Virus record (IMG/VR): IMGVR_UViG_3300010149_000010
DNA from: a virus
Length of the DNA stretch: 64,000 nucleotides
Direction: 5' to 3' (one strand)
The notes under the pieces are model-generated. The model was not told where the DNA came from. It saw only the letters and a list, made by a program, of their open reading frames with translations, and searched no databases. Below, piece by piece: positions 31,347 to 40,713 of this stretch (position 1 is its first letter; the number at the start of each line of letters is the position of its first letter). A program made the position numbers and the translations under genes.

Positions 31347-32064
31347 CGCAACTAATGTATCTTTTTTACGACATGGTGCTTTTTTTGGACCAGAAGACTC
31401 TCAAGATAAAGTTTTAAATATCATTGGAGTTGGTGCTACTGGCAGTTGGGTTGGACTTTTAGCTGCTAAAATGGGTTGGCAACATTTTCGTGTTTGGGAC
31501 GCTGATATAGTCGAATCTCACAACTTGCCTAATCAAATTTACGATTTAGAACAAGTTGGCTTACCTAAAGTAACCGCTTTTAAACAAAAACTACTTCAGT
31601 TCAATCCAGAGGTAGTAGTCGAAACAAATAATAAGTTCTTTCTTTCTGAACAAGACAAAGACAACCTTGAAGATTATGTTTTTGTTGCAGTCGATTCTCT
31701 TTCAGCAAGAAAAGATATTATCGAAGGGGTCCGCTCTCACCTTCTCCTTGACTACGTCATTGAAACAAGGATGGGTTTCGAACATGCAGAAATCAATATT
31801 ATCGATCCAGCCTACTCTGCACAGATTGACTCTTATTTAAGCACCTTAAAAACAGATGAAGAAGTGACTGAAAGCGCTTGTGATGCACGTATTATTACGA
31901 CTTTAACTTGCATCGTTTCCTCTTCTGTTGTACACACTTTGTGTGGTTTAGCTGCTCAAGACAGGCATGGAGAAACTTACACTCCTCAACCTAAACAAAT
32001 ATTCTCTTTACCCTCCAACATCAACACTACTTTATCTACATTTACAATAGGGTCAAAAACATGA
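31324..32064 (+). CDS. E1-like ThiF/MoeB-family activating enzyme
   Basis: IIGVGATGS, WDADIVESHNLPNQ, K, VDS..AR, ETRMG; candidate catalytic Cys in TESACD; no CxxC Zn sites. Confidence 0.9.
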   Translation: MTMTESFNATNVSFLRHGAFFGPEDSQDKVLNIIGVGATGSWVGLLAAKMGWQHFRVWDADIVESHNLPNQIYDLEQVGLPKVTAFKQKLLQFNPEVVVETNNKFFLSEQDKDNLEDYVFVAVDSLSARKDIIEGVRSHLLLDYVIETRMGFEHAEINIIDPAYSAQIDSYLSTLKTDEEVTESACDARIITTLTCIVSSSVVHTLCGLAAQDRHGETYTPQPKQIFSLPSNINTTLSTFTIGSKT

Positions 32065-32246
32065 CAAAACAAAAAATTAATGAAATTATTACAAATCTAA
32101 CTGATGCTCTAACCGATGCTGAGAAATTTGACTCTGGCAATGATGCTGCTGGACGTCGGATTAGAAATGCAGCCCAAACAGCAAAAGCCGATCTGCAAGA
32201 ACTTCGAAAGCTAGTTCAAGAAGAAAGAAATTCTCGAAAAGCTTAA
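32061..32246 (+). CDS. Small helical protein resembling bacterial histone H1-like Hc1 family members
   Basis: DAEKFDSGNDAAGRRIR...LQELRK pattern. Confidence 0.55.
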   Translation: MTKQKINEIITNLTDALTDAEKFDSGNDAAGRRIRNAAQTAKADLQELRKLVQEERNSRKA

Positions 32247-32296
32247 AATAAACAATCCGTTTTCAACATTAACAAAACATCATCATTCAAAAAACC

Positions 32297-32317
32297 GGGG
32301 GCTTTGCCCCCTTTTTT
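32297..32317 (+). terminator. Rho-independent terminator-like hairpin just before the di-Ubl gene
   Basis: GGGGGC-TTT-GCCCCC-TTTTTT. Confidence 0.6.
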
Positions 32318-32336
32318 ATTTAAAAAGAGAAAAAAA

Positions 32337-32783
32337 ATGACTAACATCACACTTATTGTAATTCCTGGATCTGGCGCTCGCCAAACTTCTTTAAACTCTA
32401 GCGCTACTGTTTCAGATCTTGCCTGCCAAGAGAACCTACACGGCCGCGATATTATCATTGACGGTGTGGGTGTCCCTGCAGATCAATGGGCAACCACACC
32501 AGTTCCTAACGGAGCAGAAGTCTTTGCTACCGGTAGCGTCAAGGGTAATAATTCATCTTTTACTTTGATCGTTATTCCTGGATCTGGCGCTCGCCAAATT
32601 TCAATGGCTGGCTCAACTTCAACCCTTACAGTTGCAGCTCTGGTTTGCCAAGAAAACTTACATGGCCGCGATATTATTGTTGATGGCCGTGGTGTACCCC
32701 CTGCTGAGTGGGAAACTACAACCATTTCTTCCGGAAATGAAGTCTTCGCCACTGGTAGCGTTAAGGGCAATAATGGTATCTGA
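32337..32783 (+). CDS. Tandem di-ubiquitin-like (beta-grasp) precursor, 148 aa
   Basis: Two units of 70 and 74 aa (TLIVIPGSGARQ...QENLHGRDII..G...EVFATGSVKG), each followed by N; final tail NNGI; adjacent to E1 and JAB. Confidence 0.75.
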   Translation: MTNITLIVIPGSGARQTSLNSSATVSDLACQENLHGRDIIIDGVGVPADQWATTPVPNGAEVFATGSVKGNNSSFTLIVIPGSGARQISMAGSTSTLTVAALVCQENLHGRDIIVDGRGVPPAEWETTTISSGNEVFATGSVKGNNGI

Positions 32784-33057
32784 TTTAAAATATTCTATCT
32801 CTTCTGGTGACGGCGCTAAACAAGCGTTTTTAAATCTCCTCGAACAAGAAGCAGCTTGGCAAGACAATTATCAAATTCAAGGCTTTTTTGCCCCTTATAA
32901 AAGGTATAAAATTGTTTCTCTTGATGAGTTTCCTTCTAAAGAAGAGGCGGTTTCTTTTATTAATTCAAATAGACCATTTAAGTTGCGTCCAAAAACACTA
33001 GGTTGCGTTTTTATAAAAAATGACACCAACACTAAATATCTGTTTTTTATTCAATAG
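32773..33057 (+). CDS. Hypothetical protein, paralogue of 33071..33376
   Basis: Shared S...A.QAF.NL ... GC ... K[YF]LFF pattern. Confidence 0.55.
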   Translation: MVSDLKYSISSGDGAKQAFLNLLEQEAAWQDNYQIQGFFAPYKRYKIVSLDEFPSKEEAVSFINSNRPFKLRPKTLGCVFIKNDTNTKYLFFIQ

Positions 33058-33070
33058 TATAAGGAAACCT

Positions 33071-33376
33071 ATGGGCTCTTCTACTTTTTATTTATCTACT
33101 TCAGCAGAAAATGCTTCTCAAGCTTTCAGCAACTTAGTCTTTGAAGCAAAACACGACTACGGATCTGCCGGTTATACCGGCACTATAGCTGAAAAAGAGT
33201 ATTATACTATGGCTTCTTCAGAGCCACTAGAAATTTCTGCAGCCGACTCTTTAGCCGCAAATTTATTAAACACTCGTTATTCAGACAAATACGGCCCTGC
33301 TGGCTGTATAGAATTAAAAAAAGAACATTCTGCCCAACTCAAAAAGTTTTTATTTTTTGGTTGGGCCGCTGAATAA
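33071..33376 (+). CDS. Hypothetical protein, paralogue of 32773..33057
   Basis: AAGGA RBS; A.QAF.NL, GC.., KFLFFGW. Confidence 0.65.
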   Translation: MGSSTFYLSTSAENASQAFSNLVFEAKHDYGSAGYTGTIAEKEYYTMASSEPLEISAADSLAANLLNTRYSDKYGPAGCIELKKEHSAQLKKFLFFGWAAE

Positions 33377-33432
33377 CAATTCACTTTATCTAAAAACAAC
33401 TACTTACTCTCCCTTTACTCGAAAGAGAAAAA

Positions 33433-33696
33433 ATGACCAACATTACACTCATTGTTATCCCCGGATCTGGCGCTCGCCAAGTCACCCTTTCATCTGATGC
33501 GACCGTTGCCAATTTGATTTCACAAGAAAATTTACATGGCCGAGATATCATCATTAATGGCGCAGGCGTTCCTGCAGCAACCTACTCTGATACTACTGTG
33601 CCTCACAATGCAGAAGTTTTTGCTACTGGCAGTGTTAAAGGTAATGGCAGCTCCCTAAGAAATGCTCCAAGCGAAACCTCGCCTGGAAGTAAGTAA
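33433..33696 (+). CDS. Ubiquitin-like (beta-grasp) protein, 70 aa plus a 17 aa C-terminal extension
   Basis: Third copy of the same unit, ending EVFATGSVKG then NGSSLRNAPSETSPGSK. Confidence 0.75.
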   Translation: MTNITLIVIPGSGARQVTLSSDATVANLISQENLHGRDIIINGAGVPAATYSDTTVPHNAEVFATGSVKGNGSSLRNAPSETSPGSK

Positions 33697-33846
33697 GCAA
33701 CAGCCTTACAGCAACCCTGCTTGTCACCACACTAAGCTTCAACCATTTCAATTAGTTTTTACTCAGCAATTCCCGCTTACTTGCTATATCCTTCTTCTTT
33801 ACTCTACTATTAAAGTACTTCTTTTTTAACTTAAAGGGTCAGCTTT

Positions 33847-34731
33847 ATGAGTAGCAAGAAACCTATTAAAGAAATAGTCATTCCAGACTCCTCTTTTGAA
33901 TCATTATATGAGTTGAATTTCTTAAATGAAGAAATAGCGCAGCTTTTAAAACTAAAAAATGGCGATTTCTGCTTTGTAACAAACAGTCAAAATAAAAAAA
34001 CAGTCGTTTTGTCTATCAATGGAACAGTTAAGCTTATAGACTCTTTTAAAAACAAATCTATTAACGGATTCGCTCCAAAAGATTTAAAACAAGTGGTTTA
34101 TTGCAATTTATTGGAAGAACCCTCTGTTTCTATTATAGCAGCCTTAGGTGCTGCTGGGACTGGTAAAACGACATTGGCTTTAGCAAAAGCAATTAGTAAC
34201 TACTTTTCTAACAAGAAGAAAATCTATTTGTGCAAGCCAACCCACCTAGTTTCCTCTCATGAAAACCAAGTGTTTGGTCCTGTTCCAGGAGATATGCAAG
34301 AAAAATATGCTCCATATATAGGTAGTTTTGAGATAATTTTAAATAAAATGTTAGGTGCATCTGGCAGAGATTATTTACAAACCATGTTAGACAAAAAGCA
34401 CATAGAATTTATGCCAGTTGAATTCACTCGAGGGTGCACTTTCGAAAACTGCACTTTTGTGCTTGATGAATGTCAAAATTTAACTTGGCACGAACTTAAG
34501 ACAGTGTTATCTAGGATAGGCGCTAACAGCAAAATTATACTTTGTGGAGATCCAAATCAGATTGATGCAGGATTTAAATATTCAGAAAGTGGTCTTTATA
34601 CACTTTTGAACTCAGAATCATTTCAAAATTCAAAATTTACCTCAAAAATTGAATTAACAAAACAATATAGAGGTCTCATTCCTGACCTTATATACAATAT
34701 TGACAAAGAATTAAACAAGGACAAAATATGA
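33847..34731 (+). CDS. phoH: PhoH-family ATPase
   Basis: GAAGTGKT, GPVPGD..EK..PY, RGCTF, LDECQN, SRIG..SK...GD..Q.D. Confidence 0.92.
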   Translation: MSSKKPIKEIVIPDSSFESLYELNFLNEEIAQLLKLKNGDFCFVTNSQNKKTVVLSINGTVKLIDSFKNKSINGFAPKDLKQVVYCNLLEEPSVSIIAALGAAGTGKTTLALAKAISNYFSNKKKIYLCKPTHLVSSHENQVFGPVPGDMQEKYAPYIGSFEIILNKMLGASGRDYLQTMLDKKHIEFMPVEFTRGCTFENCTFVLDECQNLTWHELKTVLSRIGANSKIILCGDPNQIDAGFKYSESGLYTLLNSESFQNSKFTSKIELTKQYRGLIPDLIYNIDKELNKDKI

Positions 34732-35165
34732 ATTACCCTTCAAGCTTTAACATCTATAAGAAGACAGCCGCTGCTCAATTCACAGTATTGCCACCTAGGA
34801 GAGATGACAATGGTAGAATTAGCAAGAACGGTGCAGTGCTTTTAGAAATGGCACCTTCTGTAGGTGATAAAACTTACGATTGGAGAAACCAGAAAGTAAC
34901 TTTTGCTTTTGGTATTAACGATCTCTGCTTATTTTTCGATGACCCAAACAATCCAAAATGGGGATCTTTTTTCCATGTTAACGATTCGACTAATAAGAAG
35001 CTCACCTTCTCTCACGGGGAAGGTAAATACACCGGCACTTACATGATGACCCTGAATATGGGTGATAACCGAGTTAGCGTAAGTCTTACTGGTGGTGAAT
35101 TTAATGTGCTAGGTAGACTTTTCTCTAGCGCCATTCCAATCATTCTTGGATGGAATAATGTTTGA
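34728..35165 (+). CDS. Whirly-like single-stranded nucleic-acid-binding protein
   Basis: IYKKTAA, G.VLLEMAP..G...YDW..QKVTF and LT.GEF.VL..LF...IP.ILGW parallel the plant Whirly motifs IYKGKAAL, LLQFAP..G.RQYDW..KQ.F and VT.AEF.VL...F...LP.LLGW (recalled from memory). Confidence 0.7.
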   Translation: MNYPSSFNIYKKTAAAQFTVLPPRRDDNGRISKNGAVLLEMAPSVGDKTYDWRNQKVTFAFGINDLCLFFDDPNNPKWGSFFHVNDSTNKKLTFSHGEGKYTGTYMMTLNMGDNRVSVSLTGGEFNVLGRLFSSAIPIILGWNNV

Positions 35166-35427
35166 AATAAAAACTAAAGAAGGCTTATTAAACATGTCTT
35201 CTGAACAGTTATTTCAAACCATACTCAAGCAATGTTTTGCTGATCAAGAAAACGAAAACCTACAGCACATAGATGATTATATTCAAGTAATCACGAAAAC
35301 TGTAAAAAGCAATTTACTTGAAGCTAATTTAAGTCAATTGTTCTCTATATACTTTATGGCAGGTTACTACTACAAAGTATTTTTAAATCAAAACGAAGTA
35401 ACAATTAATAAGAAAAACAAGGAATAA
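35146..35427 (+). CDS. Hypothetical protein
   Basis: ORF track. Confidence 0.55.
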   Translation: MDGIMFEIKTKEGLLNMSSEQLFQTILKQCFADQENENLQHIDDYIQVITKTVKSNLLEANLSQLFSIYFMAGYYYKVFLNQNEVTINKKNKE

Positions 35428-35431
35428 ATAA

Positions 35432-35842
35432 ATGTTTTCATACTCTATTTCAGTACGCCCTTTAAATAACCAGAACAGCAAGCTTAAAGCTTTTGTTACC
35501 GTAACTATCGACGACATCATGGACATCGAAGGCTTTAAGATTATAGATGGCTCTAATGGTCTTTTTGTTTCTGTACCTTCCCATAAGGGTACAGTTACTG
35601 AAGATGGCGTTTCAGTAGAAAAATACTTTGATGACGTTAGATTCAAGGGTGAGGACGGCACTTCTTTTGCAGAAGAGCTTAAGTCTTCAATTATAAATCA
35701 ATACAACAATCGTTCTCAATCTTCGAGTAACCATTCTAATTCTAGTCGAGCAGCTACAGCTGCAGTAAATGCAAAAGCTGCACCTGCAGCTTCTGCAAAT
35801 TCAAAGCCACCTCGTGATCGCAAACCACTCTGGGGGTACTGA
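35432..35842 (+). CDS. SpoVG-family nucleic-acid-binding protein with a low-complexity tail
   Basis: LKAFVTVTIDD...IEGFKIIDGSNGLFVSVPS. Confidence 0.85.
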   Translation: MFSYSISVRPLNNQNSKLKAFVTVTIDDIMDIEGFKIIDGSNGLFVSVPSHKGTVTEDGVSVEKYFDDVRFKGEDGTSFAEELKSSIINQYNNRSQSSSNHSNSSRAATAAVNAKAAPAASANSKPPRDRKPLWGY

Positions 35843-35847
35843 GAAGC

Positions 35848-36999
35848 ATGTCTGATGATACGGTAGAGGAAATACCTCAAACCACCGCTGAAGATATCAT
35901 TGACTCCTTAACTGAGGGTGCTGAACTTTACACTCAGATCACGCAAGCCTTTGTAAAAGATTTTATTTTTTATGAAAAAACACTCTATGAGTGGGCTACC
36001 AGTTTGATGATTGAAATACCCTCCAATAAAGATCTCACTCTGGTTAAGTTTAGAAGCCTTCTTCTTCAATTGGGGAGTAATATACAGATAGCTTCCAACT
36101 ATTATTCCGTAGCATGCTCTATGGCAGATACTATAGGCGGTGGAAACACAATTAGGAAAGCAGACATTATTAGTGTGATAGTTTCAAATTATGCTAAGCG
36201 AGGCGCTAAACGTCCAGCAGCTTCAGTTATCGAAAAGATGGCAGAATCTTATTTAGTAAACACCGTTTCAGCAGAACGTGCAGCAAAAATTGTTAAATCT
36301 TTTTGGAAACAACGGATAGACACTTTGCTGGACTTGAGAAAAGTTTTTGAACAAATTGGCTTATCACTTTCTGTTGAAATGAAATTCACATCTTCTTAAG
36401 GAAATAAAATGTCTTTAGATCTTTTCTGGTCTCTTCCTTCCGACTCTCTCCCTCCAACTTTCGATCCTCCCCTTTTGATAGATTCTAGCTCTTATACAAA
36501 AGATGCTTCCGCTTTTAAAGGCACGAGGTATAGCACTTTTTTAGAAAATGAATTTTCTTTAACTTTGTTCAGAAAAAAAATATCTCCAGAAGAAATAAAA
36601 ACTTTATCAAAAAAACTGAAAAATTTTGTAGAAACGAATGAAAAAAAGAAACACACTTGGAGCGTTCATCTCTCCAACAAAGATATCATTCACTTTTCCA
36701 GAATGCTTTCTGCTTACGCAGACCTAAATGCCAGTTTGTCTGGCTGGTGGTGACTTGTGGAGAGTGGAATCACATTAGGAATAATATCTTACATTTCTTT
36801 TTTTTTCTCTTTTTTACATTTTCCTGCAGTGGTAAAAAGATTTTTACTAAAAAATCCATTTCTTACTGATTGCTTATCAGTTATTATTTCCTTCTTCCTT
36901 TTAACAGGCATATCTAAATCTATAGTTGCTGTTATAGCAGCCATGCTATGCGGACTGCTTGTTAACATAACCTTGGTTTTACGCAATTACTTTTTTTAA
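35848..36999 (+). other. Three hypothetical ORFs (35848 helical; 36409; 36757 membrane)
   Basis: ORF track. Confidence 0.55.
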
Positions 37000-37078
37000 A
37001 GCTACTTTAAAGTCATATTTTAGGCCTTAATGTAAAATTATTGCTTTTTAAACTAATATTTTGCAGAAAGAAGACTAT

Positions 37079-38827
37079 ATGACTTTCCAATTATCTACTC
37101 ACGCACAAAAATTATTAAAAAACTACTACCTCAAAGATACCGAATCAGATCCTAAAGAAGCTTTTAAACGCGCTGCGTACACGTATGCTTCTTCCTCTGA
37201 ATTAGCAGAGAGGATATACCAGTACGCTTCTAATGGTTGGTTTATGTTTAGTAGTCCAATCCTATCTAATGCAGGAACAAAAAGCCTTCCTATTTCATGT
37301 TTCTTAACTTACGTCCCAGACACAGTCGAGGGATTAATTCAACATTCTGAAGAGTTAAGATGGATGAGCGTTATGGGAGGTGGTGTTGGTGGCCACTGGT
37401 CTGATGTAAGATCCGTGTCTAACAAGAGCCCCGGACCAATGCCCTTTATAAAGACCGTTGATGCAGATATGGTTGCTTATAGGCAGGGTAGCACAAGAAA
37501 AGGTAGCTATGCTGCTTATCTTGATATATCTCATCCTGATATCGTCGAATTCTTAAATATGAGAATGCCAACTGGCGGCGATGCTAATCGCAAATGTTTC
37601 AACCTCAATAATGCAATCAATATTACTGATAAATTCATGGAAGCGGTTATTGCTGCTAAATCTTGGGACTTACTTGATCCAAAAGACGGCACTATCACAG
37701 ATACGCTTGACGCAAGAGATTTGTGGCAAAGAGTTCTTGAGGTACGTTTTCGTACCGGAGAACCTTATTTAAACTTTATTGATGAAGCTAATCGCAAGTT
37801 GCCCCAACCTTTAAAAGATAAAGGTTTTAAAATAAATGGCAGTAACTTATGTAACGAAATTCACTTACCTACGTCTATTGATCGGTCTGCTGTTTGTTGT
37901 TTATCTTCACTCAACTTAGAACTCTTTGATGAGTGGAAAGACTCTCAAATTGTAAAAGATTTAATTTATTTTTTAGACGATGTTTTGCAACATTTTATCG
38001 ATCATGCTCCAACTGCTTTATCAAAAGCTGTCTATTCGGCTACTAGGGAGCGCTCGCTCGGCCTTGGTGCTATGGGTTTTCATTCTTATTTGCAGAAAAA
38101 AAACCTGTCTTTTGAATCAGTTTTTGCTGTTTCGACAAATATTAAAATGTTTACGCATATAAAGAGTGAAGCTTTTAAAGCCACAACCCTACTAGCTGAA
38201 ACCAAAGGCGAATACCTCGATGGTATTGGTTCAGGGGTTAGAAATAGTCATTTACTTGCTATTGCTCCAAATGCTAATTCTTCCATAATTCTTTCTACTT
38301 CCCCCAGTATAGAGCCCTGGAAAAGTAACGCTTTTACTCATAGAACTAGGGCTGGCTCTTTTTTACAAATTAATAAATACTTGCTAGCAGCTTTAGAACA
38401 ACATGCTGAATCGTTACCTCCTGAAACTCTTGGTACTGATGATGTCTCTCTTGCTAGAGACGCATGGTTGCAAGAACAGATTCAATCTGTAATTCTCTCT
38501 CAAGGCTCAGTTCAACATTTAGAATGTTTATCTCTTCATCAAAAAGAAGTTTTTAAAACAGCATTTGAGATTGATCAAATGTGGATTATAGATCACGCTG
38601 CCACTAGACAGGAATTTATTTGCCAGGGGCAATCAGTTAACCTTTTCTTTCCAGCTGGTTCTGATATAAACTATGTAAGCCTTGTGCATCTGGCTGCTTG
38701 GAAAAAGTCTTTGAAAGGACTTTATTACTTGAGGACTAGCGCAGGCGTAACTGGGGAGAAAGTATCAACGAAAGTTGAACGCAGGACGCTTAAAGACATA
38801 GAGGAGTGTTTATCGTGTCAAGGTTGA
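37079..38827 (+). CDS. nrdA: Ribonucleotide reductase class Ia alpha subunit
   Basis: SSPILSNAG, PISCF, GGGVG, SNLCNEI, AIAPNA, QGQSVNL, LYYLR, C-terminal CLSCQG. Confidence 0.96.
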   Translation: MTFQLSTHAQKLLKNYYLKDTESDPKEAFKRAAYTYASSSELAERIYQYASNGWFMFSSPILSNAGTKSLPISCFLTYVPDTVEGLIQHSEELRWMSVMGGGVGGHWSDVRSVSNKSPGPMPFIKTVDADMVAYRQGSTRKGSYAAYLDISHPDIVEFLNMRMPTGGDANRKCFNLNNAINITDKFMEAVIAAKSWDLLDPKDGTITDTLDARDLWQRVLEVRFRTGEPYLNFIDEANRKLPQPLKDKGFKINGSNLCNEIHLPTSIDRSAVCCLSSLNLELFDEWKDSQIVKDLIYFLDDVLQHFIDHAPTALSKAVYSATRERSLGLGAMGFHSYLQKKNLSFESVFAVSTNIKMFTHIKSEAFKATTLLAETKGEYLDGIGSGVRNSHLLAIAPNANSSIILSTSPSIEPWKSNAFTHRTRAGSFLQINKYLLAALEQHAESLPPETLGTDDVSLARDAWLQEQIQSVILSQGSVQHLECLSLHQKEVFKTAFEIDQMWIIDHAATRQEFICQGQSVNLFFPAGSDINYVSLVHLAAWKKSLKGLYYLRTSAGVTGEKVSTKVERRTLKDIEECLSCQG

Positions 38828-39783
38828 CAGAATATTCAAAAACATACAAGCCCTTTGCATACCCTTGGGCTATGCAATATGCAGAAGATCATGAAAAAAT
38901 ACACTGGGGAAGCTGGGAGGCAAAACTCCAAGAAGATCTAAACCAATGGAAATCCAACAAGCTTTCAAAATCTGAAAAAGATCATATTACTAATATTTTG
39001 CGCATTTTCACTCAGTCAGACGTGGCTGTTGGTGGAAATTATTGTGATATTTTCATACATTCTTTTAAAAATAACGAAATCAGAAACATGTTATTATCCT
39101 TTGCTAACAGGGAAGGTACTCATCAACGCTCTTATGCGTTATTGAACGATACCTTAGGTATACCTGAAGGAGAGTACTCTATCTTTCTAAAGTACAAAGA
39201 AATGGCTACTAAAATCGAGTTCATGACTGCCCCTCCAAAAAGCATGAAAAAACATGATCAAAATTTAGCTTTCGAGCTTGCTAGATCGGTTTGCAATGAG
39301 GGAATGAGTCTTTTTAGTGCTTTCGTCATGCTTTTAAATTTCCAAAGGTTTGGAAAAATGAAAGGTATGTGCGAAATCGTAGAATGGTCTATTAGAGATG
39401 AAACTATGCATGTGGAAGCAATGACTAAACTTTTTCATACTTATCTTGAAGAAAATCCCAATTTAGTTACTGACACTTTAAAAAGTTACATTTATACTAA
39501 CTTCACGAAAGCTGTTGAGCTAGAAGAATCATTGATCAATTTTATTTATGCTGACTCTGACTCTATTAACGACCTTAGTAAAAACGATGTTATAAAATAC
39601 ATCAAATACCTAGCTGATAGAAGACTTCTTCAGTTAGGTTTAAAACCAATTTTTAAACAAAAAACCAACCCTATACCCTGGTTGGACTGGATTGTCTCTG
39701 GAGACTCTTTTAAAAACTTTTTTGAAGGAGCCGTTACGGACTACAATGCGTCTGGTATGGTTGGTCAAATTAAATGGGAGTAA
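38806..39783 (+). CDS. nrdB: Ribonucleotide reductase class Ia beta subunit
   Basis: FTQSD, EGTHQRSY, EGMSLF, RDETMH, NFFE..VTDY. Confidence 0.96.
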   Translation: MFIVSRLTEYSKTYKPFAYPWAMQYAEDHEKIHWGSWEAKLQEDLNQWKSNKLSKSEKDHITNILRIFTQSDVAVGGNYCDIFIHSFKNNEIRNMLLSFANREGTHQRSYALLNDTLGIPEGEYSIFLKYKEMATKIEFMTAPPKSMKKHDQNLAFELARSVCNEGMSLFSAFVMLLNFQRFGKMKGMCEIVEWSIRDETMHVEAMTKLFHTYLEENPNLVTDTLKSYIYTNFTKAVELEESLINFIYADSDSINDLSKNDVIKYIKYLADRRLLQLGLKPIFKQKTNPIPWLDWIVSGDSFKNFFEGAVTDYNASGMVGQIKWE

Positions 39784-39786
39784 TAT

Positions 39787-40122
39787 ATGAAAATTAACGA
39801 TGCTGTACAATCAGCTTATAATAATGCAAAAGAACATGGCTGGCACGATGAACCTAGAACTGTAGGTGATTTAATTTGCTTGATGCACTCAGAGCTTTCA
39901 GAAGCCCTAGAAGAACACCGAAATGGCCACAAGCCTGAGCATATTTATTATAATGAAAACAAGCCTTCCAAACCCGAAGGAATACCAATTGAACTTGCAG
40001 ATTGTATCATAAGAATTTTTGATTTTTGTGGTAAATATAATATTGATTTGCAAAATGCCATTGAGGAAAAAATGGAATATAACAAAACACGCCCCTATCG
40101 ACATGGTAACAAGGTAGTGTAA
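39787..40122 (+). CDS. MazG-like nucleotide pyrophosphohydrolase
   Basis: LMHSELSEALEE, ELADCIIR, KMEYN..R...HG. Confidence 0.85.
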   Translation: MKINDAVQSAYNNAKEHGWHDEPRTVGDLICLMHSELSEALEEHRNGHKPEHIYYNENKPSKPEGIPIELADCIIRIFDFCGKYNIDLQNAIEEKMEYNKTRPYRHGNKVV

Positions 40123-40123
40123 T

Positions 40124-40705
40124 ATGCTTGACGAAGAGGAGCTTGATCATGATGTAGATTATAAACGTATAGTTAGAGCAGTTATCGAAAGCTCAATAAC
40201 TGATTACGTAAAATTATCTCATCCTAAAAATCGTAATAAAAAATATTTACAGCAAACTTTTTTAAATTCTGTTGATGTATTTTTTGATGATAATTATAAA
40301 TTTGAAGCTTTCACTTCAATAATAGATCAAACCCCTCTTACAAGTAAAGATCTCATTTCTATAATGATTTCAAGTTCAGGAGTATCAATGGATAATGCTC
40401 GTCAGCATGTAATAGAAGAGTCAATAAAATATTGGTGGGATAAGAATTTCAACGATATTTCAATACCTAGCTCTATTAACATATTTGGTAAAGTTTATTT
40501 TATCCATAATGCTTCTACTGAGCATATTGATTTAGAAAAAAACAAAATCTTTTTTCCAGTTAAAAAGAGCGGTTCAGACAGAATCTTTTTTAAATTGTGT
40601 TTAAAAATTATTTTGATTGACTCTAACATTGAATTGGACGAAGAAACATTTAATAAATTACACAAAGTATTTTATTTATTCCTTAAAATAAATAATGCTT
40701 TCTAG
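40124..40705 (+). CDS. Hypothetical protein
   Basis: ORF track. Confidence 0.6.
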   Translation: MLDEEELDHDVDYKRIVRAVIESSITDYVKLSHPKNRNKKYLQQTFLNSVDVFFDDNYKFEAFTSIIDQTPLTSKDLISIMISSSGVSMDNARQHVIEESIKYWWDKNFNDISIPSSINIFGKVYFIHNASTEHIDLEKNKIFFPVKKSGSDRIFFKLCLKIILIDSNIELDEETFNKLHKVFYLFLKINNAF

Positions 40706-40713
40706 GCTAACAA

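Noticed and set aside
26376-32064. Calling the cluster a type II CBASS
   Set aside because: E1 and E2 are separate, dedicated Ubls are present, the NTase looks CCA/PAP-like and no CBASS effector is evident.
31324-33696. ThiF/ThiS or MoeB/MoaD cofactor biosynthesis
   Set aside because: No thiG, moaE or other sulfur-pathway genes; the E2-like gene and multiple capped Ubls fit conjugation better, though a sulfur-carrier role is not formally excluded.
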